Assembly: GCA_031423695.1 (NCBI GenBank) | Contig: JANPGB010000592.1 | Coordinates: 1 to 43,860, forward strand | DNA length: 43,860 nucleotides | Direction of reading: 5' to 3' | DNA from: Verrucomicrobiota bacterium | Lineage (GTDB): Bacteria; Verrucomicrobiota; Verrucomicrobiia; Limisphaerales; CAIQOK01 | Shown here: piece by piece, positions 1 through 8,919 of the stretch | Layout of the letters: each line of letters opens with the position of its first letter | Numbering within the stretch: position 1 is the first letter of the stretch | Program-made: the position numbers and the translations under genes | The notes under the pieces: model-generated | The model's input: only the letters and a program-made list of their open reading frames with translations | Databases searched by the model: none | Told to the model about the DNA's origin: nothing

Positions 1-14
1 GGCGCCGCGCGGTA

Positions 15-815
15 TCACGAGGACGTCGCGGCTGCGTTGCTCGCCATTCCCGGCGTTTCCGGTGTCACGTCCATGTCGCACGCGCCGGAGATGCCGGGCA
101 CGGAGCCGGTCCAACTGTATTGCCACACGGACCAGACTCCCGCGCCCCAGATTTCGTAGGCGGACGTGTTGCACGAGGTGGAACTCCACGGCGAGCCGGT
201 CTGCGGATTCAGCCCGCTGGGATTGGCGATCCACGGCGGCCACTGCGCGTTGCTAGTGTTGAGATTTCCCGCCTCACAGGTGGACGTGTAGATCAGGGGC
301 TTGATCGTGACGCCCACCGCCGCCGCCTTGTTGCTGACGGCGTTGCACCATTGGTTCGCCCAGTCGGCATAACTGGCGGCCCCGACCGGCACGCCGCCGG
401 GCGCGGTGAACGTCTCATAATCCAAAGCCGGCTGGAGGCTCAAGCCGTCGTTCGTGATGGTGTTGGCCACGACGTTCCAGAAAAAGTTGGCCTCAGTCGC
501 GGCGCTGTTTGCCTCCGGATGGGCAAAGTGATACGCGCCGATGTAAACGCCGGCGGCCTTCGCGCCGCTGACGTTGCCGGCGAAAAAAGCGTCGCCAGTG
601 CCGGAACCTTCCGAGGACTTCGCCCAGGCGAAGCTCACGCCGGAATTTTTCACGCTCGTCCAGGTGACCGCGCCCTGGTAATGCGAAATGTCCACGCCCA
701 GCGGCCGCTGTGCGGAAACTGTCGTCGCGCCGGCGATGACACCTAAAAAAATCGCGGCGGAAATTTTTTGGCAAAAATTTCTGCGGACGGCAAGGCTCGA
801 CGTGGCGGACTTCAC
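15..815 (-). CDS. Secreted GH25-family muramidase (lysozyme)
   Basis: 266-aa ORF with a signal-peptide-like N-terminus (ISAAIFLGVIAGATTVSAQ). The GH25 signature GVDISHYQG is encoded at 672-698 on the minus strand. The start is GTG at 815, only 9 nt after the ald stop, so it is probably co-transcribed with ald. Confidence 0.85.
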   Translation of the reverse strand: MKSATSSLAVRRNFCQKISAAIFLGVIAGATTVSAQRPLGVDISHYQGAVTWTSVKNSGVSFAWAKSSEGSGTGDAFFAGNVSGAKAAGVYIGAYHFAHPEANSAATEANFFWNVVANTITNDGLSLQPALDYETFTAPGGVPVGAASYADWANQWCNAVSNKAAAVGVTIKPLIYTSTCEAGNLNTSNAQWPPWIANPSGLNPQTGSPWSSTSCNTSAYEIWGAGVWSVWQYSWTGSVPGISGACDMDVTPETPGMASNAAATSS

Positions 816-824
816 AGGCTCAAT

Positions 825-1913
825 TTAACATATCGGCAATCCGTGCGCTTCCTGAACCGCTTTGTAGGTGATTTTTCCCTCGCGCACGTTGATGCTGCCG
901 ATGAGCGACGGGTTTTTGGCGCAGGCTTTGTCCACGCCGTAGTCGGCGAGCGTTTCGAGATAGCGATACGTCACATTCGTCAACGCCTGCGTGGCCGTGC
1001 GCGCATAGGCGCCAGGCATGTTCGCCACGCAATAGTGCGTCACGCCTTCCTCGACATAGACCGGATTATGATGCGTCGTGGCGCGCGAAGTCTCCGCGCA
1101 GCCGCCCTGGTCAATCGCGATGTCCACCAGCACGCTGCCGGGGCGCATCCGCCGGAGCATGGCGCGGGAAATCAGCTTCGGGGCCTTGGCTCCGGGAACC
1201 AACACCGCGCCGATCAGCAGGTCCACGCTCGGCAAGATTTCCTGCAAGTGCGACTCGCTTGAAAACAGGGTGTGCGCCGTGTGCAGCGTGATGTCGAGAA
1301 AACGCATGCGTTCCAGGTCCACCTCGAGAATGGTGACATCCGCGCCGAGGCCTTGTGCCATGCGCGCCGCGTTCACGCCGGCGGCGCCGCCACCGAGCAC
1401 CACGACTTTGCCCGGCAACACACCCGGCACGCCGCCGAGCAACGTGCCGCTGCCGCCAAAATGTTTCGCCAGAAAATATCCCCCCACCAGCACGCTCATG
1501 CGCCCGGCGATTTCGCTCATCGGTTCCAGCAGCGGCAGGCGGCGGTTCACCTCGATGGTTTCATACGCGATGCAGGTCGCGCCGGATTTCATCAGCGCTT
1601 CCGTGAGCGGTTTGCTGGCGGCGAGGTGCAGATAGGTGAAAAGAATTTGCCCCGCTCTCAGCAACGGAAGCTCGCTCGGCAAAGGTTCTTTGACCTTGAT
1701 GATCAAATCTGCCCGCGCAAAAATTTCCGCGTGCGCATCCACAAGTTTTGCGCCGGCGGACTCATATTCCGCGTCAGGATAACCCGCGCCGATGCCCGCG
1801 CCGCGCTCGGCGACGACCGTGTGGCCGCGCTTGATGAGCTGATACGCGCCGCTGGGGAGCAACGCGACGCGATACTCCTGTTCTTTGATTTCTTTGGGAA
1901 CGCCGATGATCAT
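825..1913 (-). CDS. ald: L-alanine dehydrogenase
   Basis: End-to-end resemblance to Ald: MIIGVPKEIKEQEYRVAL, KVKEP, Rossmann motif VVVLGGGAAGVNAA, and HYCVANMPGA. The tracked ORF runs to 2102, but the family-typical start is the ATG at 1913-1911 (MIIGVPKE). Confidence 0.9.
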   Translation of the reverse strand: MIIGVPKEIKEQEYRVALLPSGAYQLIKRGHTVVAERGAGIGAGYPDAEYESAGAKLVDAHAEIFARADLIIKVKEPLPSELPLLRAGQILFTYLHLAASKPLTEALMKSGATCIAYETIEVNRRLPLLEPMSEIAGRMSVLVGGYFLAKHFGGSGTLLGGVPGVLPGKVVVLGGGAAGVNAARMAQGLGADVTILEVDLERMRFLDITLHTAHTLFSSESHLQEILPSVDLLIGAVLVPGAKAPKLISRAMLRRMRPGSVLVDIAIDQGGCAETSRATTHHNPVYVEEGVTHYCVANMPGAYARTATQALTNVTYRYLETLADYGVDKACAKNPSLIGSINVREGKITYKAVQEAHGLPIC

Positions 1914-2096
1914 GTAAATTTGGGGCTGCGGTGAAGTTACGCTAGCAGACAAGTCGGACATGTCAACGTCGAGGCGGGCTCGCCCATAATTGGCCGCAGC
2001 AAACCCCTGCCCCAAACCCTCATCCCGGCAATCAGACATTTTTCTCGACAGTGGAAATAGGCGCGTAGAGATTTGTCCGTCGTGAACCCGAGAAAG

Positions 2097-2999
2097 ATGC
2101 AACTGGGACGAGCAAGGTTATCTTGCGCAACCGTCATCGTGCTCCTTGCGCTGGCCGGGCAAGCGGAGGATGCCTGGCAGACCAATTACTCGGGCTCCGG
2201 AAAACTGCTGGTCACGGAGTTTGTCGCCGCGCCTTTCCCGCATCCGGCGCGCGCGGCGGGACGCACGCGCGATGGCAAGGTTTATACCGCCACCGACCAT
2301 TACTCCGACCGCACGGTGGCGCTGTTCATCCCGAAAGATTTCCGTCCGGGCAACGAAGTGGATTTCGTCGTCCACTTTCACGGCTGGAACAATACCGTGG
2401 CTGGGACGCTGGCGCAGTTCAACCTGGTGCAGCAGTTTTGCGACAGCGGGAAGAACGCGATCCTGATCGTGCCGCAAGGACCGCACGACGCGCCGGATTC
2501 CTTCGGCGGAAAACTGGAGGACACGAATGGCTTCAAGGTTTTCATGGCCGAGGCCCTGGAGAAACTCCACGCCGGCAACGCGCCCGGGCAGACAACCTTT
2601 TCCATCGGCAACCTCATTCTCTCCGGCCACAGCGGCGGCTATCACGTGATGGCGGCAATCGTGGACCACGGCGGTCTGCCCATCAAAGAGGCGTGGTTGT
2701 TTGATGCGCTTTATGGCAACACGGAGAATTTTGTCGCGTGGCAGCAGCGTGAGAAGGGCCGCATGATGAATATTTACACCGACCAGGGCGGCACCAAGCC
2801 GGAGACCGAAAGATTGATGGCGGCTTACCAGACCCGCGGCGTCAGCTTTGTTTCGTTGGAGGAGACCAATGCGGTGCCGCAGGATTTGCAGCGCGGCCGA
2901 ATCGTTTTCCTCCACACCGAACTGGCGCACAACGAAGTGATCTTCCGGCGCGGCGAATTTTCGCAGTTCCTCAAAACGAGCTGTTTGCAAACCCGATGA
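2097..2999 (+). CDS. Secreted alpha/beta-hydrolase-fold protein of unknown function
   Basis: ORF opens at TTG 2073; the first ATG at 2097 gives a clean signal peptide (MQLGRARLSCATVIVLLALAGQAED). It has a nucleophile-elbow-like LSGHSGGY, then LFDALYG and ELAHNE as possible Asp/His partners. Its stop overlaps the namZ start (ATGA at 2996-2999). Confidence 0.6.
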   Translation: MQLGRARLSCATVIVLLALAGQAEDAWQTNYSGSGKLLVTEFVAAPFPHPARAAGRTRDGKVYTATDHYSDRTVALFIPKDFRPGNEVDFVVHFHGWNNTVAGTLAQFNLVQQFCDSGKNAILIVPQGPHDAPDSFGGKLEDTNGFKVFMAEALEKLHAGNAPGQTTFSIGNLILSGHSGGYHVMAAIVDHGGLPIKEAWLFDALYGNTENFVAWQQREKGRMMNIYTDQGGTKPETERLMAAYQTRGVSFVSLEETNAVPQDLQRGRIVFLHTELAHNEVIFRRGEFSQFLKTSCLQTR

Positions 3000-4300
3000 A
3001 ACCCGTTCCCCTTTCCATACTACTCAGCCTTGCGATCCTGTTTGCCGGCTGTCACACCATGACTACTAAAAAAACAAATCCGCCCGTGAAGCTCGGCGTT
3101 GAAGTCCTTTTTGAAAAGCGCCTCGACTTGATTCGCGGCAAACATGTCGGCCTGATCACGAATCCAACCGGCCTCGACAGCAAGCTCGACAGCATCATCG
3201 AAGCATTCCGCGCACATCCAGACATCAAGCTCACCGCGCTGTACGGGCCGGAACACGGCGTGCGAGGCAACGCGCAGGCCGGCGAATACGTGGCGTTTTA
3301 TTTTGACGAACATTACAAGCTGCCCGTGTTCAGCCTCTACGGCCAGACGCACAAGCCACCGGCCGACATGATGACGAACATTGACCAATACATGCGGACC
3401 TTCGACACGCAGCACACCGGCAAACAGGTCGAGGCGGGAATGATGAACTCGGTGGACGTGATGGTGTTCGACCTCCAGGACGTCGGCACACGCGTCTATA
3501 CCTACATCGCCACGATGGCCTACGCGATGCAGGCGGCGGCCGACGCGGACATCCCCTTCATCGTTTTGGACCGTCCCAATCCCATCAATGGTCTCGCGAT
3601 GGAAGGACCGATTCTTGAATACCCCACGCACAGCTCGTTCATCGGCTTGTACCCAATTCCGCTTCGGCACGGCATGACGGCGGGCGAACTTGCCCGGTTG
3701 TTCAATGCAAAATTTCTGAAGCAGAAGGCCAAACTCACCGTCGTGCCGATGGAAAACTGGACGCGCGCCGAGTGGTTCGATGAAACCTCGCTGCCGTGGG
3801 TCCTGCCTTCGCCCAACTTGCCGACCCCTGAAAGTGCGACGGTGTATCCGGGGCAGGTCATCCTTGAGGGAACGAATTTGTCCGAGGGCCGGGGCACGAC
3901 CAAGCCCTTTGAAATGTTTGGCGCGCCCTGGATAGACGGCTTTGTTCTCGCGAAGAAATTGAACGGGCTGAAGCTGCCCGGCGTGAAATTCCGCGAAGTA
4001 TCCTTCACCCCGACCTTCTCAAAGTTCAAGGGGGAGCAATGCGGCGGCTGCCAGTTGCACGTCACGGACCGCACCGCGTATCACTCCATCGCCACAACGC
4101 TGGCGATTTTATCCGTCGTAAAAGAAACCTACGGCGCAAAACTGGAGTTGCACGCGAGCTACTTCGACAAGGTGATGGGCACGTCCACCGTCCGGGAGTC
4201 GTTGGAGCGTGGCGAGCCGGCGGAGCAAATCGTGGCCGGATTTGCGCCGGGGCTGGCACAGTTTGGAACCGCGCGCGCGCCCTTCCTGCTGTATCGCTAG
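2996..4300 (+). CDS. namZ: DUF1343 / NamZ-family exo-beta-N-acetylmuramidase lipoprotein
   Basis: 434 aa with a lipobox (ILFAGC). The DUF1343 N-terminal pattern is LGVEVLFEKRLDLIRGKHVGLITNPTGLDSKL...LYGPEHGVRGNAQAGE, followed by VMVFDLQDVGTRVYTYI and LDRPNP. Confidence 0.8.
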   Translation: MKPVPLSILLSLAILFAGCHTMTTKKTNPPVKLGVEVLFEKRLDLIRGKHVGLITNPTGLDSKLDSIIEAFRAHPDIKLTALYGPEHGVRGNAQAGEYVAFYFDEHYKLPVFSLYGQTHKPPADMMTNIDQYMRTFDTQHTGKQVEAGMMNSVDVMVFDLQDVGTRVYTYIATMAYAMQAAADADIPFIVLDRPNPINGLAMEGPILEYPTHSSFIGLYPIPLRHGMTAGELARLFNAKFLKQKAKLTVVPMENWTRAEWFDETSLPWVLPSPNLPTPESATVYPGQVILEGTNLSEGRGTTKPFEMFGAPWIDGFVLAKKLNGLKLPGVKFREVSFTPTFSKFKGEQCGGCQLHVTDRTAYHSIATTLAILSVVKETYGAKLELHASYFDKVMGTSTVRESLERGEPAEQIVAGFAPGLAQFGTARAPFLLYR

Positions 4301-4311
4301 AAAATCCGTCA

Positions 4312-5610
4312 ATGAAGACGCTTGTCCAAAGGGTTTCTGAAGCTGCGGAGCAGCGGTGGACAGGGCTATTTTCTTCCGCGCCTCCGGCGCTGGGTGAACG
4401 CGCTCCAGCCTCAGGCATCGGCCGGTTGCTGGTTTTATTTTCCGTCGCGCTTTTGCTTTCAGGTTGCGCCAAGCGGCAGCCCGCCGCGCCCGTCTTCCGC
4501 GCGGAAAAACTGGCGGAGATGGATGCGACCATCCATTCAGCCATCGCCAGCAATCGGTGCCCCGGCGGCGTGCTCTGGCTGGAGCGCAACGGCACGGCGT
4601 ACCACAAGGCGTTCGGCCATCGTGCGCTCGTGCCGGCACGCGAGGCGATGACCGAAGACACGATCTTTGACGCCGCCTCGCTGACAAAAGTCGTCGCCAC
4701 CACGCCTGCCATAATGATGTTGGTCGAGCGAGGCCAGGTGAAGCTGGAAGCGGCCGTGACCCATTACCTTCCCGAATTTAACGGCGAAAACCGGGAACGG
4801 GTGACCGTGCGCGAACTCCTCACCCACACCTCCGGCCTTCCTCCGGACATTGAAACCAAAACGGCTTGGCATGGCCAGGGCGAGGCGATCAAAAAAGCCT
4901 GCGCCACCCAGCTCCAATCCAAACCCGGAACGGCTTTCAAATACAGCGACATCAATTTTTTTCTGCTGGGTGAAATTGTCCGGCGCGTCAGTGGAACACC
5001 GTTGGAAATATTTGTGCGGCGGGAAATATATGCCCCTTTGAAGATGCGAGACACCGGCTTTTTGCCGCCGACGAACAAGATGGCCCGCATCGCTCCGACG
5101 GAGGTGGTGGATGGCAATCCCTACCGCGGCACGGTCCACGACCCGACCGCGCGCCACATGGGCGGGGTGGCCGGACACGCAGGACTTTTCACCACCGCGC
5201 CCGATTTGGCGCGCTACGCAAGGATGCTGCTTAACGGCGGCGAGCTGGGCGGCGCGCGGATTTTCCGACCGGAGACCGTCCGGATGATGACGGGTGTGCA
5301 GACGCCACCGGAAATTTCCGCGAGGCGCGGGCTGGGCTGGGACATTGATTCCAGTTTCAGCGGGCCGCGCGGCGAGCATTTTCCAGTTGGATCTTACGGC
5401 CACACGGGCTGGACAGGCGGTTCCTTTTGGATTGATCCGTTCTCCAAGACATTCGTTATTTTTTTATCCAATCGGAATCATCCGACCGAAGCGGGCAGCG
5501 TGATTGCTCTGCGCCACCGGTTGGGAACGCTCGCTGCCGAGGCGGTTGGGAAAATCCATTTCGCCGATGTTCCCGGCGTTTTGCGGTCAAAGCACGAAGA
5601 TGCCAAATAG
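4312..5610 (+). CDS. Beta-lactamase-related serine hydrolase (AmiE/YbbE-like or PBP4*-like), lipoprotein
   Basis: The tracked ORF starts at 4039 inside namZ; the first post-namZ ATG is 4312. It has a lipobox (LLLSGC), SxxK (SLTK) encoded at 4678-4689, YSD(I)NF, and HTGWTGG near the C-terminus. These are class-C beta-lactamase-fold hallmarks. Confidence 0.8.
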   Translation: MKTLVQRVSEAAEQRWTGLFSSAPPALGERAPASGIGRLLVLFSVALLLSGCAKRQPAAPVFRAEKLAEMDATIHSAIASNRCPGGVLWLERNGTAYHKAFGHRALVPAREAMTEDTIFDAASLTKVVATTPAIMMLVERGQVKLEAAVTHYLPEFNGENRERVTVRELLTHTSGLPPDIETKTAWHGQGEAIKKACATQLQSKPGTAFKYSDINFFLLGEIVRRVSGTPLEIFVRREIYAPLKMRDTGFLPPTNKMARIAPTEVVDGNPYRGTVHDPTARHMGGVAGHAGLFTTAPDLARYARMLLNGGELGGARIFRPETVRMMTGVQTPPEISARRGLGWDIDSSFSGPRGEHFPVGSYGHTGWTGGSFWIDPFSKTFVIFLSNRNHPTEAGSVIALRHRLGTLAAEAVGKIHFADVPGVLRSKHEDAK

Positions 5611-5827
5611 ATTCAGCACTTTAGATTCAGCACTTGTCTTCGGCCCCCGCAAAAGGAAGGGAGACATGTACATGTGAAGCCCGGAACTGTTTTCTGGTTG
5701 CAATTTTTGGAATCACGGTTATCTAATCATTATTGTTAGAACATGATTGTGCCGGTTCGCAATCGGCTAAATTACCTTTGAGTGTCCCATTCGTAACAAC
5801 AACTCAACCAAAGAAGAAGGAAAAACC

Positions 5828-8815
5828 ATGAAGAAACCCATCCCCACACTTGGCACCGTCGCGCGCGGTTTGGCACTCAGCCTCGCCGTTTCCGGCGCAT
5901 TGTTCGCCCTGACCGAGTCAGCGCGAGCTCAGCAGATCTACCTCCAGAACTTCAACACCGATGACAGTGCAAACTGGGTGGTGAACTTTAGCTACACCGG
6001 TAGCACGACTGCCTTCAATGCTGTCTCCAACAACCTGTACAATTTCAACTTCGATTACACCACGGCGGGCATTCCCATCGCTCCGCACAGCGCCCAGTTC
6101 GGTTCAGCGGCCATCCACCACGGGTTGAAACTGAGCGCGGTTTATACGAACGCGCCGGTGGCGAAAGGCTCGGCGGTCACGGCGGGAATGTCAGTGGCGC
6201 CGACAAATTTCAGCGTCACGGCTAATTTTGTCATGCATGCGGATATGTGGGTGAATGTGAATTGCGCCGCTTATGCCACGCTAAATACCACCAATGTGGC
6301 TGCTGCAAGTTATGCCACCAGCCCGCATAACGGTACCGCCTCAACAGTCCTTTATGGTTGCGGCTATGGCACGGCCGGCACCACGGCGACCACGCCCGGC
6401 GTGACGGATGCGATTTTTGTGGGAGCGACAACCGATAACGGTTCGTCGGCCCAAATGCGTATCTATGGCCCTGCAACAACGCCGGTCAACGCCCAGTCAT
6501 CTTTGCAAGATTTCACCTTTCAGTCCACTGGAACGGTGACACCGGGTTTCGCGGGCGATCCCTATGTGTATAACAGCTTGACTGCGACAACCAAGGGAAC
6601 CCGCAATTGGGTAGGCGGAACTGCCGCTCCTCCCTTTAACACCGCAACAAACCTCGCTACCGGCCAGTCATGGACCAACTATTTTCCCGCCACCGTGGTT
6701 CCGTTGGCACAACAAATCCTTTATCCGCAGCAAACCAACAACGCATCCTGTCCCGGCCTCCCCACCTTCGGCTGGCATGATGTTTCTGTTGAAAAGGTCG
6801 GCAGCGTGATCATTTACAAAATTGATGGTAACATCATTGCCACCGGCAACTATGCGGTGTGCGGAACACCACCGGGCAGTTTTCTTACATTCATGGCTTC
6901 ACGCACGGGGCTTACCGCCGCGAACGCAGTCACCGGGAATAATTATACCAACTTGAACTTTGCGGTGTTCGCCAACATCGTTGTTTCCAATTACGACAAC
7001 GTCGTGAACGTGACGGCCCCGGTGTCAACCTGCGCCGAAGGCACACCCGGTTCACCGGGCGTGTTCACCATCACACGCAGTTCCGCGGGCGTGCCATTGA
7101 CCGTCAACTATACGCTGACTGGCACGGCCACGAATGGTTCACAATACACGACCCTGCCGACCACGGTGACCTTCGCTTCGTCAGCCACAGAAACCAACAT
7201 CAACGTCGTGCCGATTGACGACGGCAATCCGCTCGCGACGACCACGGTCATTCTGACCCTGCAAACCGGCAGCGGTTATCAAGGTGCTGGCAGCGCCATT
7301 GTCAACATTCTCGATAATAACACGCCAACCATTGACATGACCAGCGCGGCCAATGCGCAGGCGTACGGTCGTTATACCAACTCCGTCGGCCCCGGCAACA
7401 ACGCTGACTTCATCAAATTCACGCTGACTCGCCGCGGGAAACTGACCACCGGTTCCGATTTGAGCGTGAATTTGTCCTACGGCGGCTCGGCGGTGAGCGG
7501 CACGGATTTCACGCCCGTCGGCAGCGTCACCATTCCTGACGGAGCCCAGACCGCGAGTTTGACAGTGTCGCCGTTGGATAATCCCAGCGTGACCACGAAT
7601 CGAACAGTCACGGTCACGGCGGGTTCCGGCTCGGGTTACGCCATTGGCACAAGTACGGCATCCGGCACAATTGTTTCCGCCCACTATGCGGCAGCGCCAT
7701 TACTGCTCAACAACGACATGACCAGCGCGGGTGATGCGTCTAATTGGTTCATCACTTACGGGTGCGGCAATCCGGAGCTCAACGCCACGGATTTCAGCGC
7801 AGATTTCGGCATGTCGCTCGCCGCCGTCGCGGGAGGGATTTCCATTCCGCCTCCGCCGAATGGCAACGCCAACGCGCTCCACTTGACCTGTAATAAGATT
7901 GCCGGTCCTTCTTCTCCCGGCGCGGTCAATGCGTATTACACCAACCTGTTCTTGAGCGGCAACTATGCCGTCCGGTTTAACATGAACATCATTGAAGGCC
8001 AGACGACGGCCAACTCCACCGAAGGCGCGGTGTTTGGCATCAATCATACCGGCAGCAAGAGTAACTGGTGGTATGGCGGCGGCTTCATCACCAACCAGAC
8101 TTGGACCAGTGACGGTATCTGGTATTACGTCACCGCACAGCCGGGTGGTTCTTCAGCCCAAGGTGATTATGCGGAATATACTGGTGAGGGAGGAACCAAC
8201 AACAATGCTGGCTGGACGCGATTGGCAACCAAGGCAGCCTCGTCTTTGGCTCAGGTGTTTAAGGTCAACCCCGGTCCGTTCACCTGTTTTGACGGTGCTG
8301 GCGGCGGCAGCCAGACTGCCGGTCAACCGGCTAATGCTTCCCCGGCGCTGGGTTATGATGCGAGCACATGGAGTGACGTGGAGATCAAGCAGCAGAACAA
8401 CATTGTCACCATGTCCATCAATCACACCCCTATCTTCGCCTATACCAACACCACGGTGTGGACAAACGGTTATCTCATGCTGGGTTATGCCGATCCATTT
8501 GGCGCCACGGTTGGCAATGCTGAAGCGGGTGTTTACTATGCCAACCTGCAGGTGGTTCAACTGCCAGCCGCAGTCTCGGTGATCACGATCAACAGCATCG
8601 TCATCAGCGGCGGCAATGTGGTCGTCACGTTCACCACCTCCAACGCGTCGGATACGACCTCGTCCTTCACGCTGCGGAGTTCCGGGACGGTGAACGGCAC
8701 CTATGGCGATGTGAGTCCGGCTGCCTCCATGACCTCGCTGGGAAGCAACCAGTTCCAGGCCACGACTCCCTACTTGGGAAGTGACCAATTGTTCTATCGG
8801 ATTTTTCATCCATGA
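5828..8815 (+). CDS. Large secreted surface protein: two ConA/LamG (DUF1080-like) jelly-roll regions flanking Calx-beta-like repeats, plus a C-terminal FYRxxxP module
   Basis: 995 aa with a signal peptide (LSLAVSGALFALTESARAQQ). Calx-beta-like units are VFTITRSSAGVPLTVNYTLTGTATNGSQYT...VVPIDDG and FTLTRRG...SYGGSAVSGTDFTPV...VSPLDN. The C-terminal jelly-roll end is WSDVEIKQQNNIVTMSINHTPIF...YYANLQVVQL. A purine-rich stretch (gaagaaggaaaaaacc) precedes the ATG. Confidence 0.75.
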   Translation: MKKPIPTLGTVARGLALSLAVSGALFALTESARAQQIYLQNFNTDDSANWVVNFSYTGSTTAFNAVSNNLYNFNFDYTTAGIPIAPHSAQFGSAAIHHGLKLSAVYTNAPVAKGSAVTAGMSVAPTNFSVTANFVMHADMWVNVNCAAYATLNTTNVAAASYATSPHNGTASTVLYGCGYGTAGTTATTPGVTDAIFVGATTDNGSSAQMRIYGPATTPVNAQSSLQDFTFQSTGTVTPGFAGDPYVYNSLTATTKGTRNWVGGTAAPPFNTATNLATGQSWTNYFPATVVPLAQQILYPQQTNNASCPGLPTFGWHDVSVEKVGSVIIYKIDGNIIATGNYAVCGTPPGSFLTFMASRTGLTAANAVTGNNYTNLNFAVFANIVVSNYDNVVNVTAPVSTCAEGTPGSPGVFTITRSSAGVPLTVNYTLTGTATNGSQYTTLPTTVTFASSATETNINVVPIDDGNPLATTTVILTLQTGSGYQGAGSAIVNILDNNTPTIDMTSAANAQAYGRYTNSVGPGNNADFIKFTLTRRGKLTTGSDLSVNLSYGGSAVSGTDFTPVGSVTIPDGAQTASLTVSPLDNPSVTTNRTVTVTAGSGSGYAIGTSTASGTIVSAHYAAAPLLLNNDMTSAGDASNWFITYGCGNPELNATDFSADFGMSLAAVAGGISIPPPPNGNANALHLTCNKIAGPSSPGAVNAYYTNLFLSGNYAVRFNMNIIEGQTTANSTEGAVFGINHTGSKSNWWYGGGFITNQTWTSDGIWYYVTAQPGGSSAQGDYAEYTGEGGTNNNAGWTRLATKAASSLAQVFKVNPGPFTCFDGAGGGSQTAGQPANASPALGYDASTWSDVEIKQQNNIVTMSINHTPIFAYTNTTVWTNGYLMLGYADPFGATVGNAEAGVYYANLQVVQLPAAVSVITINSIVISGGNVVVTFTTSNASDTTSSFTLRSSGTVNGTYGDVSPAASMTSLGSNQFQATTPYLGSDQLFYRIFHP

Positions 8816-8849
8816 TTGACCCGTCTCGACGCGGTTGAACCGTTTAGCT

Positions 8850-8889
8850 GGGCCGGGGTGTTTGCCTTGTGCAAATGCCCCGCCCTTTT
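8850..8889 (+). terminator. Rho-independent terminator after the 995-aa surface protein gene
   Basis: GGGCCGGGGTGTTTGC (8850-8865), loop CTTGT, then GCAAATGCCCCGCCC (8871-8885). By hand pairing this gives about 14 bp including two G-U pairs and one mismatch, followed by TTTT at 8886-8889. Confidence 0.5.
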
Positions 8890-8919
8890 ATAAAGATGTT
8901 GGAACGAAGAATTTTTGAC

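Noticed and set aside
1914-2102. 63-codon N-terminal extension of the alanine dehydrogenase ORF. Similar tracked extensions: 4039-4311 before the serine hydrolase, 22808-22888 before the epimerase, and 24170-24265 before the Ig protein.
   Set aside because: The family-typical N-termini or signal peptides begin at the internal ATGs. The extensions overlap upstream genes or promoter regions and show no conserved features.
7645-7660. Intragenic GG-N10-GC hits with partial sigma-54 similarity: TGGCACAAGTACGGCA at 7645-7660 and TGGTACCTCAACAGCA at 24860-24875.
   Set aside because: Both sit deep inside coding sequence with no downstream start codon to serve, and their -12 regions are poor (CGGCA, CAGCA). 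In GC-rich DNA the bare GG-N10-GC pattern is expected by chance roughly once per 100-150 nt.
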